Positions 19,878 to 29,990 of a stretch of DNA of 64,000 nucleotides are shown here, piece after piece. The position numbers were made by a program, and so were the translations under genes. The first letter of the stretch is position 1, and every line of letters starts with the position of its first letter. Under the pieces are notes generated by a model, which was given only the letters and a program-made list of their open reading frames with translations, made no database searches and had not been told where the DNA came from. Source of the stretch: a virus (Duplodnaviria; Caudoviricetes). The stretch spans positions 128,001-192,000 of IMG/VR virus record IMGVR_UViG_3300047382_000771. The stretch is one strand, 5' to 3'.

Positions 19878-21437
19878 TTAAGCCCTATAACCTAAGATTT
19901 GCGCATCCGTGATACCATTACCAAGAAGATCTGCAGCGACAGCTGCAGTTAAAGCTCCGTCACTTGGATGTGTTGGTATATTTACCGCTCCTCCTGCTCC
20001 TGTCCATGCTGGAGGGATGCCTTTATGGGAGTTTTGGCTAGCACTATAGCCAGACAAAAATACTCCATTTCTTGAATCATCTGCTCCTCCTACTTGTACT
20101 GTAAATGTCATATCTACAGTTTTATTGTCGCCGATTGTTGATGAAAAATTCTCAGACTCTAGACGACAGCCTTTAAACCCAAACTTCATGGCAGCTTCAC
20201 CTGTTTTCAGGTTACAAGAAGCACACTCTGGTGGGTAAATTGTTACAGTTAAATCTACAGATCCACATTCACATAATAGATCAGCAACATTTCCACGCTT
20301 CACATCTGCGAGAGATGCCGAAACATTCATTGTTGCTGTAATGGGTACATCGATAGATTTCGAAAATCCAAAAGTATTACCAAGTCTTTGGAGCGTGGTC
20401 CTAGACATTGGAATGTTCATTGAAACAGACTGGATATGAGCAGTACCCTTTTGAGGTACATGACTATCTCCAGAATTCGTAATTGCAATAAGAGATGAGT
20501 CTTTTAAATCTACCACAACATCTCCAGGCCTAAGTGCCGCAATATCGCCACACCCTGAAAAACCAGTTACTGCTGCGGGTAATGAATAAAGCCCCGTGCA
20601 TGTGTTTGGATCACTGTGTATAACTTGATTGTTGTCATTATCATACTCCCATGCATCACTAATTTTAGAACCGTCGGTTAACCTAATGGCTGGAAGATTT
20701 AATCCAGTTTCTCCAATATCACTTTGCATATTCATGCCTTCAACAGTTACATTGGCTGTAGGAATAGAGCCTACGGCTACATCAATATTATAGTCTGTAA
20801 TAAATCCGTTACCTAATGCTATTACTGTTTTCGATGTTGAACCGAATCCTGATTCAGTATCAAGTCTAACATCTCCAGCTACCGCATCACGGGCTTCAGG
20901 TACAGTTAGTAAGAAAAAGTTGTTTCCAGCTTGGTAAAGCTCAGGGGACAGTGCTCCGCTCAAAGAGTTTGTTCCCCCATCAATATTAAATTCTAGTAAT
21001 CTTTCGTTTTCTCCATCAATAAGGAAATAACTAAAATCCATGTTTACAGTTGGCTGTTCTGTAACAATTGAGTCAAGCCTAGATAGTTGGCCGAACTGAT
21101 TGATATCAACCCTGTTTACAGTGAATCCGTAATTAACAGACTGGATTCTTTTTAGCTGCTTAATAATTGAACCATGGTCTTTAGCAAGATTAACGTCATG
21201 CTTAGGGTCGTCGTAAGGAAAAGCGTTCCATTTTGGCCAAGCTGCTTGCGTATCATTCGGGTGCCAACCGCAGAGATATTCGCCCAGGGTACTGGACCCT
21301 GCGATTTCGGTACGGGTTTTGGGGGGAGTCATTAGACCCATTCCTCCGTTTCCCGTGAAGTGATAACCTGTGGCGTCTGGACTTAGAAATAAAGCTTCAG
21401 ACTGGTAAATTACTCGGTTTCTGTGAATTGCAGGCAT
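19878..21437 (-). CDS. Major tail tube-like protein paralogue 1
   Basis: MPAIHRNRVIYQSEALF; shares IIKQLKRIQS.NYGFT, LSPELYQAG.NFF and TLQRLG.TFGFSKSID with paralogue 2. Confidence 0.65.
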   Translation of the reverse strand: MPAIHRNRVIYQSEALFLSPDATGYHFTGNGGMGLMTPPKTRTEIAGSSTLGEYLCGWHPNDTQAAWPKWNAFPYDDPKHDVNLAKDHGSIIKQLKRIQSVNYGFTVNRVDINQFGQLSRLDSIVTEQPTVNMDFSYFLIDGENERLLEFNIDGGTNSLSGALSPELYQAGNNFFLLTVPEARDAVAGDVRLDTESGFGSTSKTVIALGNGFITDYNIDVAVGSIPTANVTVEGMNMQSDIGETGLNLPAIRLTDGSKISDAWEYDNDNNQVIHSDPNTCTGLYSLPAAVTGFSGCGDIAALRPGDVVVDLKDSSLIAITNSGDSHVPQKGTAHIQSVSMNIPMSRTTLQRLGNTFGFSKSIDVPITATMNVSASLADVKRGNVADLLCECGSVDLTVTIYPPECASCNLKTGEAAMKFGFKGCRLESENFSSTIGDNKTVDMTFTVQVGGADDSRNGVFLSGYSASQNSHKGIPPAWTGAGGAVNIPTHPSDGALTAAVAADLLGNGITDAQILGYRA

Positions 21438-21508
21438 TTTATATACTATGGTTTAATTGTGTTTACTTGCTAAGAATTACATTATCTTTTTCATAATGTG
21501 AAATAAAA

Positions 21509-22090
21509 TTATTCTTGTTCATTTTGGTTATCGCAAAGATTCAAGCAGTCATCACCAATAGCTTGCCTAGGTACAGATCCATACATATTATATGCATATA
21601 TCAAATCTTTTAATCTGCTATCTACTACCTTTGACATGTCTTGGAATTTTGCACTAACACTCGTTTTGTTTACAGCTGAATTAGAAAGAGACGCAGAACT
21701 TCTTTTTATTACTGTGTCACCTTCTCTTAATTCAATCCAATCGTTATCTGCTTGAGCCGCGCTTGTTGTAGTAGAGGCGGTAGCATTATTATTAGTAGCT
21801 ACATTGCTATCGTATATTCCTCTAAGTATTTTTTGAGACTCTCTTCTATTATAATCTCTTAGGTATATTAATTGAAGTATTTCTGATTCCTCATACTGTA
21901 ATCTTGGGTATGGGTTTCCATCGTCACCAGTAAAATGAAAGCTTTGGTTAATTAATGCATTCAGCTCCCCCAATCTACCACTCAATGTTCCAGAGATTGT
22001 TTGTAATTCCGCAGTCCTGTTGTCTGCCCCAGTAATGTAAGCGAATTCATATTCCATTAATCCGCTCGCTATTTGTCCTATTTGATTCAT
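21509..22090 (-). CDS. Putative head-tail connector/adaptor
   Basis: 193 aa, helical; call rests on position only. Confidence 0.35.
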   Translation of the reverse strand: MNQIGQIASGLMEYEFAYITGADNRTAELQTISGTLSGRLGELNALINQSFHFTGDDGNPYPRLQYEESEILQLIYLRDYNRRESQKILRGIYDSNVATNNNATASTTTSAAQADNDWIELREGDTVIKRSSASLSNSAVNKTSVSAKFQDMSKVVDSRLKDLIYAYNMYGSVPRQAIGDDCLNLCDNQNEQE

Positions 22091-22091
22091 T

Positions 22092-22781
22092 TTATAATAT
22101 TCCTTCTACCCTGCCCCATGCATTTTCTCCATCTATATTTAAATAAAGAGCAGGCTTTTTGTCGTAATATACTTCTTTAACAGTAGATAAGTTTATTGAT
22201 AATCCTGATTCGAGTTTCCTTGTGTCGTATTCTTTTTGGTAAATATCTAATCTATACCCACCTCTTTTCCAACAAAGACCTCCTTCTCCTGGGTAAATAT
22301 TAGCATGGTCTGCACTACCCCTAGTTCCTTTGAGGAAAAAAGAATCTTCATCTATCACTTCTATTTCCCATTTTTGATTAACAGTAACATCTACATTAAA
22401 TATTTCTACATCATCAAAATCTAAAAAACCATGCTGTGGGCAAGTTATAATACAATTAGCAGCATCTGTTTGCGGTATAACATCTACAATATTAATTTGA
22501 ATATCAATCTCTGTAATTTCATAGTCAGCTGCACCAATTCCTTGACCACCACAATATAGCACCTTAGACTCTGGTTCAAATACAAACGCTTTTGGTTTTT
22601 CTACAATAACTAGCTGGTTACTATCTTTATCGTATGTAACTTTAGTGGTAATCATCGCATCTGAAATCGCACACATAAATGTCTCATTAATACCTATGTC
22701 TGTTGGACTTGCTACGGGAATCAAATAACCAGTAGTTGGAACTATTGGTTCTAATTGTCGTATCTTTCTAAACCCTAACAT
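22092..22781 (-). CDS. Virion protein with fibre-type N-terminal anchor motif
   Basis: RKIRQLEP...GYLIPVAS N-terminus and an HG-type beta domain. Confidence 0.45.
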   Translation of the reverse strand: MLGFRKIRQLEPIVPTTGYLIPVASPTDIGINETFMCAISDAMITTKVTYDKDSNQLVIVEKPKAFVFEPESKVLYCGGQGIGAADYEITEIDIQINIVDVIPQTDAANCIITCPQHGFLDFDDVEIFNVDVTVNQKWEIEVIDEDSFFLKGTRGSADHANIYPGEGGLCWKRGGYRLDIYQKEYDTRKLESGLSINLSTVKEVYYDKKPALYLNIDGENAWGRVEGIL

Positions 22782-23704
22782 AATTTTGACTCTAGTTTAT
22801 TTATTCTTTCTTCTTGGTTTTTTATACACTCTATTAAAAGTGGAATTATCTTATGATAAGCTACTGTAAGTTCCCCTCTACTATTTGGCTCAACAGCTTC
22901 AGGAATTATAGATTCGATTTCTTGAGCTATAACTCCTATATCTTCTTCACCATTTTTATTGGTTTTATCATTCCAAGTAAAAGTTACACCATTTATTCCA
23001 TCTATCAAAGATATAGGGTTTTGTATTTTTTTAACATTATTTTTTAGAGATATGTCTGATGTATAGACTGCACCTTCTGATGAAGCGCCCCAATTAGTTA
23101 TAGATAAAGTTCCGTCCGCTGAAGCAGATAATCCTCCTCCGACTTTTACCCCTCCTAAAACACTATTAGTTGCAATAGGGAGGCTGTCAAGCGCTGCACT
23201 TAGTATACCATTACTATCTATATTTAACCCGTCCCCAACTCTTATAACTCCTATAGAACTATCAGAAGCAACCCTGAATGCATCGTAATTTAATGTAGTG
23301 GTTCCATCTGAAGTTACTAAAAAACCATTGCCTACTTTAATTCCACCCAAAGTAGTTGCTGTCGCTTTAGGTAAAACATTGTAGGTCTCATCAAAAAATT
23401 GATTCAAAGTAAAAGAGGCTAGCTCGGTTTGGTTGCCATCCTCAAGGATTATTTTTGAGTCTTCTATAACTCCTGTTGCAACAGGCACCCCACTTACCTT
23501 AAGAAATTCTGTGAAATCCCCTCCTCTCACATATCCAGTAAAGTCTCTAGCCGTACCAGAGAACATATCATCACAAGTAAACGAACGGGTTTCATATGGC
23601 ATGTCTGGGTGATTTATCGCAATAGCCAATAAATTCTCCCCAGTAAAGTCTTCTGGTGATCCGCTAGGTAAATTTCTAAGTTTGATTAATCCCATATATC
23701 TCAT
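22775..23704 (-). CDS. Fibre protein with C-terminal intramolecular chaperone (Peptidase_S74-type); start possibly 23695
   Basis: Three LPxAT..TLGG(I/V)KVG.G repeats; SDISLKNNV...GVIAQEIE...V.Y.K.IPLLIE.IK plus terminal coiled coil. Confidence 0.85.
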   Translation of the reverse strand: MRYMGLIKLRNLPSGSPEDFTGENLLAIAINHPDMPYETRSFTCDDMFSGTARDFTGYVRGGDFTEFLKVSGVPVATGVIEDSKIILEDGNQTELASFTLNQFFDETYNVLPKATATTLGGIKVGNGFLVTSDGTTTLNYDAFRVASDSSIGVIRVGDGLNIDSNGILSAALDSLPIATNSVLGGVKVGGGLSASADGTLSITNWGASSEGAVYTSDISLKNNVKKIQNPISLIDGINGVTFTWNDKTNKNGEEDIGVIAQEIESIIPEAVEPNSRGELTVAYHKIIPLLIECIKNQEERINKLESKLC

Positions 23705-23738
23705 GGGATATTACACCTATATTTATATCAGGCGAATA

Positions 23739-24725
23739 TTAAAAACCGTTTAAATCCATCAAGTCTTTCATGGATAACCTGCCACCTTTAGCTTTGGCTG
23801 CTTCATGCATAGACTTTTGGCTTGACTGCGTTTCGACACCCATATCTTCGTAATCTTGTTTTGTGGCCCCAACTACAGAAGATACTCCACCTTCATTATT
23901 TTTTAATTTTTGCTCCATCTTTTCTCGGCTTGATTTGCCTTCTGCATAGTCCAATAACGCTGATGGGTTAGTTTTTACTCTTTCTGGGATATCTTTATTG
24001 GTTTCAAATATGTTTTTGAATATTTTTGTATAAATCAACAAGTGAAGCTGGAAATTAGTTAAATACACCACAGGCTTACCGTAAAAATCGTTTGAGGTTT
24101 CAGAAAAAGTATAGTAAGTTTTAAAAAAATCTTGAATAGCTAAATACTGTATTGACTCTTCAGAGAATCTTTCATTGAATTCATTATATGCAGATATCAT
24201 TGATTTTAATGTTTCATCATCTAGGAACTCAAATTCTTCTTCTGTATACAAGGGCTCTTTCTGCCTCACATCTTTGTAAAAAGATTTAGTTATATAATAA
24301 TCATTAGCCCTATTAGTTGCGTATCTCTCTGCCGAGTTTGAAATGATAATTTCCTTCTTTGCTTTCAAGACCTGAACATGCGCCTCTGCATCTTCTATTT
24401 GAGACTGCAATGTATCCTTTACCGACTGTAGAACCATTTCACTTTTAGTCGCTTTTAAATTCTTTATGAAATGCTCTTTTTCTACAATAACTTGATCGTC
24501 ATTAGGATCCCATTCACCAGCTTCTATTTGTTCTTCTAATACATCTTTTTCTTCAGGCATACCTTTCTGGATAGCATAATCTAGAAAGTTTTTATATACT
24601 AGGTCGTAATCTACAACATCAGATATTTTCTTGTGTTGTATGTATACTCTTTTGTGCTTAATGAATGCGGTTGAGCATCCATCAATTATTTCTACGAAAT
24701 TTCTTCTGTATTCAGACTGTTCCAC
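23739..24725 (-). CDS. Conserved-looking phage protein, possible tail assembly chaperone
   Basis: 328 aa, charged and helical; context only. Confidence 0.3.
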   Translation of the reverse strand: MEQSEYRRNFVEIIDGCSTAFIKHKRVYIQHKKISDVVDYDLVYKNFLDYAIQKGMPEEKDVLEEQIEAGEWDPNDDQVIVEKEHFIKNLKATKSEMVLQSVKDTLQSQIEDAEAHVQVLKAKKEIIISNSAERYATNRANDYYITKSFYKDVRQKEPLYTEEEFEFLDDETLKSMISAYNEFNERFSEESIQYLAIQDFFKTYYTFSETSNDFYGKPVVYLTNFQLHLLIYTKIFKNIFETNKDIPERVKTNPSALLDYAEGKSSREKMEQKLKNNEGGVSSVVGATKQDYEDMGVETQSSQKSMHEAAKAKGGRLSMKDLMDLNGF

Positions 24726-24733
24726 ATAGAGTC

Positions 24734-25495
24734 TTACACTGCTCCATCATCCATGTCTTGCTCTAATTTCTTAAAATCTTCTTCAGTAGTGTTTTGGCTG
24801 AAGTACCAAAAACTAACAAAAGCCATAAGTTTTTCTTTTGCTAGATCATAAATGGGATCTCCATTCTCGTCTTTTTCATAATAAGAGTCGAGCTTATCCT
24901 CGTAATCTTCACCCTGAAATAAAGGTCTATCAACACCATCGGGACCCTTACTGAAAGTTAGATTTACAAGATACCATAAAATAGTTTTGTTCTGAGCTTT
25001 TGTGTCAGCGGTATGGTTGAATACTGCTTGGTAAGTTGTTTCAAGATCCACGATAGCTCTTCTTACTTCAGCAAACTCTTCAGTAAGGCTCGTTACGGAT
25101 TCTTCATCTTCTTTGCTTTTAGACTTTTTGCTCATTAGCTTGGAAAGATTTGTTTGGATTTCTGCTAACTCAGAATAGCTCCTAACTAACTTTTGAGAAT
25201 CTTCTTCGCTGAGTAACCCCCCAGAGTCACTGTATTTTTTAGCAAGCATAGCTTTAGTGAGAATGCCTTTTTTAATGCACTTACTCATTTCTATAGAAAA
25301 TTCCATGTCGGCATCTTCCACTTGCCTCCTGGAGGGCTGGTAAATAGTCACATCATGAGATGTTGGCTTTTTCACTTTTTTTGTTTTAGTGATTTCCTCC
25401 ATTTCCCCAGTTTCTTTATTTTTAACTTTTGAAGTAGTACTTTCCTCTACTTCGCGCTCAACAGTAACCTTAAAGCTGTATATAACTTTTTTCAT
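24734..25495 (-). CDS. Possible tail assembly chaperone
   Basis: 253 aa, charged and helical; context only. Confidence 0.3.
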   Translation of the reverse strand: MKKVIYSFKVTVEREVEESTTSKVKNKETGEMEEITKTKKVKKPTSHDVTIYQPSRRQVEDADMEFSIEMSKCIKKGILTKAMLAKKYSDSGGLLSEEDSQKLVRSYSELAEIQTNLSKLMSKKSKSKEDEESVTSLTEEFAEVRRAIVDLETTYQAVFNHTADTKAQNKTILWYLVNLTFSKGPDGVDRPLFQGEDYEDKLDSYYEKDENGDPIYDLAKEKLMAFVSFWYFSQNTTEEDFKKLEQDMDDGAV

Positions 25496-25519
25496 TTATT
25501 ATTCCTTATACCTTGTAAT

Positions 25520-25810
25520 TTAATTATTAAATTTAAAACTTATTGTGAAGTGCTCTATATTATTATCATAATCTCTCATAACTTCGTTTCCCATATCTAA
25601 GATTTTCTTTCTTAAATATTTGAGTTTACTCTCGTCAAAATAATCTGCCTGCTCAATGATTGGGCCTAGAGCAGTTGGCATATTTGACTTAAGTTTACCA
25701 AAATGTATCTGGTGTTCTTGATGCAGATCTTCTACTAAAACAAGATAAGACTTAAATAAGTTCTTAATATTTTTCTTGTTTTTTTCTAATAATATTTTTT
25801 CCGCTTCCAT
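25520..25810 (-). CDS. Hypothetical protein (96 aa; start revised to MEAEKILL)
   Basis: The upstream extension in the ORF track overlaps the divergent + strand gene and its promoter motif. Confidence 0.55.
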   Translation of the reverse strand: MEAEKILLEKNKKNIKNLFKSYLVLVEDLHQEHQIHFGKLKSNMPTALGPIIEQADYFDESKLKYLRKKILDMGNEVMRDYDNNIEHFTISFKFNN

Positions 25811-25886
25811 ATTGCACCTTTTTCCTTGATATATTATATTAAAAGAATTACCTGTTTTTTTCAACTCGTGTGTAATAATATTTGTT

Positions 25887-26333
25887 ATGTCATATTTATC
25901 CTCCTCACAAAAGCAACTTTTTGAAAATGCTATGCAAAAAGTGCATGACACATTTGCTCGTTCAATTTTTGTCTACAAAGAGTCTCTGAAAGTTATAGTT
26001 AGCACTGATCCAAACTTTAATTATTTATATAATAATGTAAAAGGGGTTAGTCAGACTGTCCGCAAATCTCAATTTAGTGTCATCACTGCTAGAATTCATT
26101 ACATGAATAAACAAGACGAGATAAGCTTTGACGGAGAAGCTAATTCACAATTAAACTTAACTCAAAATGTCGGAGAAGTTAGAATAAAAGTTGACACAGA
26201 AGGTTATAAATATTTTAAAGACGCACAAAGAGTAGAGATAGATGGAAGAATGTTTTTTAAAGTTTCAGATGTAAGGAAACATGGTTTATTTTCTCCTAAA
26301 TATTATACATTTTATTTACAGCCAAGTGATTAA
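25887..26333 (+). CDS. Putative head-closure/neck protein
   Basis: 148 aa, beta-rich; ends VEIDGRMFFKVSDVR..GLF..KYYTFYL, typical of head-stopper folds. Confidence 0.45.
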   Translation: MSYLSSSQKQLFENAMQKVHDTFARSIFVYKESLKVIVSTDPNFNYLYNNVKGVSQTVRKSQFSVITARIHYMNKQDEISFDGEANSQLNLTQNVGEVRIKVDTEGYKYFKDAQRVEIDGRMFFKVSDVRKHGLFSPKYYTFYLQPSD

Positions 26334-26970
26334 TCCAAGAATAACACTGCGCGTAGATTCTGCGGGCCTTAGAAAAGATATACTATCTAGCTTACCTAGG
26401 ATGAATAACCACAAGGTGTTAGAGAGAAATCTAAGAGACTCTTCGGGGCAATTAATTTACAAAAAAATATTAAGATATAAAAACGAAATGATTAAAGAGT
26501 TCCTGCAGCATCCTGTTACAAAAGAGATTCTTGCTGGAGCTTCCTCTGGGAATCAGAGTGGTACATTAAGCGGCTATGGAAACCTTTTTACTTTTATTGG
26601 TTTCAATAAAGGGGACAACCCGATACAGCCAATTATACAATTATTAAATCAAACTAATTACCATTTTACTAAATTCGACAACAAGGGAAGCTTTACTGTC
26701 AATATAGAAATACCTAGTGCCGACCAAATATTTAGAGCGACACCCTTGCCTTGGGCCCCTGGAATGAGCTGGGCACAAAGAATAGAAGTAGGCATGCCTG
26801 GATTTGGTCGATACATGAATAAAACTAGTGATACAAGTCGGTCTGGCTTAGGTATACAAACAAAAAACCCTATTAGAGGTGGTGGATTTAAAAACACAAG
26901 ATATATATCTGATTTAATAAACAGGTGGACGAAGAAATTTAAAACAATAGGAAGTGTAACTACGCTATAA
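26326..26970 (+). CDS. Putative neck/tail-completion protein (GTG start 26326; ORF track start 26281)
   Basis: GTG overlaps the upstream stop; located between the putative head-closure and tail-terminator genes. Confidence 0.4.
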   Translation: MINPRITLRVDSAGLRKDILSSLPRMNNHKVLERNLRDSSGQLIYKKILRYKNEMIKEFLQHPVTKEILAGASSGNQSGTLSGYGNLFTFIGFNKGDNPIQPIIQLLNQTNYHFTKFDNKGSFTVNIEIPSADQIFRATPLPWAPGMSWAQRIEVGMPGFGRYMNKTSDTSRSGLGIQTKNPIRGGGFKNTRYISDLINRWTKKFKTIGSVTTL

Positions 26971-27875
26971 TGAAACCTCAATTCCAACACGAAGCAACCA
27001 CAAGCTTTTCCTTATGGCTGGACAATTATTTTGTCAAAAAAGGTGAAGCTTTTTCCAACAAAACTGGAGAGCTATTCTATAAAGAAGATTTTAGAATACC
27101 TAGTTACCCTGACGATCCAGCAGGCTACATAACTTATTCAAGTGAATACAAGCAATGGGTATATAATGCAGACATGACAGACGCAGCTATTCCCGATGGA
27201 GTTTATGTCGATAGTGGTGATGGATATAAGTTTGTTAATAGAGGTGAAAATGGATTAGTTATAGATTTTGACAATGGCAGAGTTTTATTAAGTGGTGCAT
27301 ACTATGCAGGGGTTCATGATCAATTAAAGATAGAAGCAGATTTTGCGGTTAAAGATTATAATGTATATTTAGCTAGCGAAACAGAGGAAACACTCATATT
27401 AGAAAATAAATACAATACAAATAGTAGAACTATACCAGACTATGGAAAAGGCACAGGCATACCTCCTTACGAGCCAGTTGCCCCAGCCGCTTTCATTTCC
27501 ATGGAGAGTACGAACAATACTCCTTTTGCTTTGGGAGGAGAGGACTTAACAACACTTTACTTCAGGGTAGTTTTATTTGCTGAAAATTTATATCAACTTG
27601 ATGGAGCAATGTCCCTGTGCGCAGATGCATATAATCTAGGTGTCTGCAATATAGGTTACGATGATTACCCCTTAACAGAATATGGGGATGTTAAGGATGG
27701 TAATTTTTCTTACTCAGATACAGTTAAGAATTCTACAAAAGTTCCAAAAATAATGTTTATTGAAAATGTAAATTCTTCAAAGATAAGTGATAGGGTTACG
27801 AATAAATCAAACCCTGGACTGCACCTAGGCTATGTAGATTTTACTGTTGCTCAGTCTAGGTTCCCTAGGCATTAA
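26970..27875 (+). CDS. Putative tail terminator/neck protein
   Basis: 301 aa; APAAFISME...PFALGGED.TTLYFRVVLFAE.LYQLDG resembles tail-terminator folds. Confidence 0.45.
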   Translation: MKPQFQHEATTSFSLWLDNYFVKKGEAFSNKTGELFYKEDFRIPSYPDDPAGYITYSSEYKQWVYNADMTDAAIPDGVYVDSGDGYKFVNRGENGLVIDFDNGRVLLSGAYYAGVHDQLKIEADFAVKDYNVYLASETEETLILENKYNTNSRTIPDYGKGTGIPPYEPVAPAAFISMESTNNTPFALGGEDLTTLYFRVVLFAENLYQLDGAMSLCADAYNLGVCNIGYDDYPLTEYGDVKDGNFSYSDTVKNSTKVPKIMFIENVNSSKISDRVTNKSNPGLHLGYVDFTVAQSRFPRH

Positions 27876-29509
27876 GGAGCGGACCAAGCTGTATAGTTAT
27901 CGTAATAAGAATCTAATTCGTATACAGTTCCATTAGATATTGCTGCTGCGTTTCTAACATCTACATTTTCTATAACCGCTGGACTATAAAAAGTGGCACC
28001 TGGCCACCTATTAGTTTCCTGGCTTCCGTCCTCTTTTCTTAAAGTTGTATTTGTAGCTATTGTGCAAAAACCTTCAGCATATATTGAAAAATCAACACCC
28101 AATGTTACACCAAGAGCTCTAGTGACCAAAGCGTTCTGTTGAAATGTTGAGTTTCTTTTTAAAGCTACGAAATTACTTATATTATTAACATTAGACGAAA
28201 AACAAATTCTTGATGGTAGCTCTGTATCAGGATCGTATAAACCACCTTGGTATTCTATGGTTAAAATTTTAGCAGAGTCTTCGGCTAAAAACAGATTACC
28301 CGCATAACTTAAATCATCCAGGTCTAATTCTAAACCCGATACAAAGCCACCTTTATTTGCAGGATCTCTAAGGTCGTCTGTAGGTGACCCGTCGTATATG
28401 TTTTGTATGTGTAGTCTACTACCATCTCTGACATCGAAAATTTGAGCCATGCCATGCCTGTTTCCATCACTAGCATTGTAATCTCTAATAGACCACTTGC
28501 ATTGGGCAAAATAACCATCTGTTCCCTTGGTTTGCCTGTAAGCCGCAAAGACACCAAAAGTGTATGTTTCCAATACAAAATGTATACCTCTCCAATATGT
28601 ATTGGTTGTAATCCAAAAAGGTAAAGTTGTAAATTGGTATAAATCTACTCCCGCTGGCAAAGTAGACATAACTGCACCAGTTTTGCCTTGATAGACTCCT
28701 GCTTTTTGCTGGGGCACGCGATCCCACTCTGCAGATAACGCTGGATCAGATGCTAAAGTATACCCAACACCTAGTCTTAATTTAATAACTTTTAATGAAG
28801 ACGCATTGTAATCAGAGCCATAAACATTTATTCTGTTTATAGGTAAATTCAAACTATAACCATTACCGTAAATAAATCCTTCATCCGTATCAGTTTCAAT
28901 AAAAATATTTACTGTAATAGCGGTAGACACAATCTCGTCATTTATATATTGGTATGCACCCCTTAAATTAAGAAATCTCTGAGATACAGCCCCATCAGAA
29001 CCAACCGTAAAACCTGACTTATTGTTCAGGTAGTCTGACCCTGTGTTGTTTACATATAAAGTTAATGTCTTAGATGACGCACTCTTTGCGAACGACAATT
29101 TCTTCTTTTTGTACTTTACGAGAGGGTTTAAGGTGCCTGGAGGGCTCTCGCAAAGAATTTCTGTATACGATGCATCATAACAGGTGCTAACGACCTCTAG
29201 GCCACTCCCTGGGTCTACAAGACTATCTAGGTTAGCGGATGTAATTGGTGTTGCGTCTACAATTACTTCTTGGCCATTAATAATTTCAACTTCTGAAGCG
29301 GTACTGTTGCCTAGTGGGTTGTTAGGGTCAGCTTGCTCGTTGGCTTTTTCTTTATTATATTCACCAACGAGGTCGCTAACCTTTATCCTGAAGGTTTCTT
29401 CAACGGCGGAACCGTCAGGATTAGATGCAGCTATAAAGTAATCACTTGTCTTTACAGAAGCGTCTTGTTGAAACTCCCTAAGTTCTCTGATTAATTTATA
29501 ACTACTCAT
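27872..29509 (-). CDS. Tail spike/fibre-like protein (anchor motif plus probable beta-helix)
   Basis: N-terminal KLIRELREF..S..TSDYFI; RFLNLRGAYQYIN beta-helix-entry-like segment. Confidence 0.45.
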   Translation of the reverse strand: MSSYKLIRELREFQQDASVKTSDYFIAASNPDGSAVEETFRIKVSDLVGEYNKEKANEQADPNNPLGNSTASEVEIINGQEVIVDATPITSANLDSLVDPGSGLEVVSTCYDASYTEILCESPPGTLNPLVKYKKKKLSFAKSASSKTLTLYVNNTGSDYLNNKSGFTVGSDGAVSQRFLNLRGAYQYINDEIVSTAITVNIFIETDTDEGFIYGNGYSLNLPINRINVYGSDYNASSLKVIKLRLGVGYTLASDPALSAEWDRVPQQKAGVYQGKTGAVMSTLPAGVDLYQFTTLPFWITTNTYWRGIHFVLETYTFGVFAAYRQTKGTDGYFAQCKWSIRDYNASDGNRHGMAQIFDVRDGSRLHIQNIYDGSPTDDLRDPANKGGFVSGLELDLDDLSYAGNLFLAEDSAKILTIEYQGGLYDPDTELPSRICFSSNVNNISNFVALKRNSTFQQNALVTRALGVTLGVDFSIYAEGFCTIATNTTLRKEDGSQETNRWPGATFYSPAVIENVDVRNAAAISNGTVYELDSYYDNYTAWSAP

Positions 29510-29513
29510 CTAA

Positions 29514-29879
29514 TTAACCATTCATAATCTCTATGAATTTTTTTGCAGCATCACTACTGGGAGAAAGAATTGATTCACTCTTTCTCGGCATAGGGGTTCT
29601 CCCGTTAGCTGCTACGAACTGTTTGAAAGCTTTCTTTATTTTATTTTTAAGAGAGAGCTTTGTCCCAGAAGGGAAGATACTGGCGGTTACAGCCATTGCT
29701 TGTAATTCAGATAAACTAGAGGATTCTAATTTCTTATCAAGTTCATCAGCACTAGATGTGCCGAAATGATTTTTTTCCTTAAAACCCAAAAGATCGTTGA
29801 TATCTGGTTGCTTAGTATCTTTTGCTTTTCCGTCTGAGAATTCTATTTGATTCTTTGTTTGTTTCCTTTTCCTTGGCAT
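29514..29879 (-). CDS. Hypothetical basic protein
   Basis: 121 aa ORF preceded by AGGAGG. Confidence 0.6.
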   Translation of the reverse strand: MPRKRKQTKNQIEFSDGKAKDTKQPDINDLLGFKEKNHFGTSSADELDKKLESSSLSELQAMAVTASIFPSGTKLSLKNKIKKAFKQFVAANGRTPMPRKSESILSPSSDAAKKFIEIMNG

Positions 29880-29940
29880 AATAACCTCCTTTTTCTAGAT
29901 TTGAAAGAATATACACTATTATAGTAATATTCAGAAACAA

Positions 29941-29966
29941 AAAATCCACCCGAAGGTGGACTTTTT
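29941..29966 (-). terminator. Rho-independent terminator after the major capsid gene
   Basis: TCCACC-TTCG-GGTGGA hairpin (minus strand) with T runs on both sides. Confidence 0.85.
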
Positions 29967-29990
29967 GAAGAGTCGCTTTGTATCTTAGTA

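Noticed and set aside
23739-25495. Programmed -1 frameshift (lambda G/GT type) between the two putative chaperones
   Set aside because: I found no XXXYYYZ slippery site near the end of the 253-aa gene, and the second gene has its own ATG.
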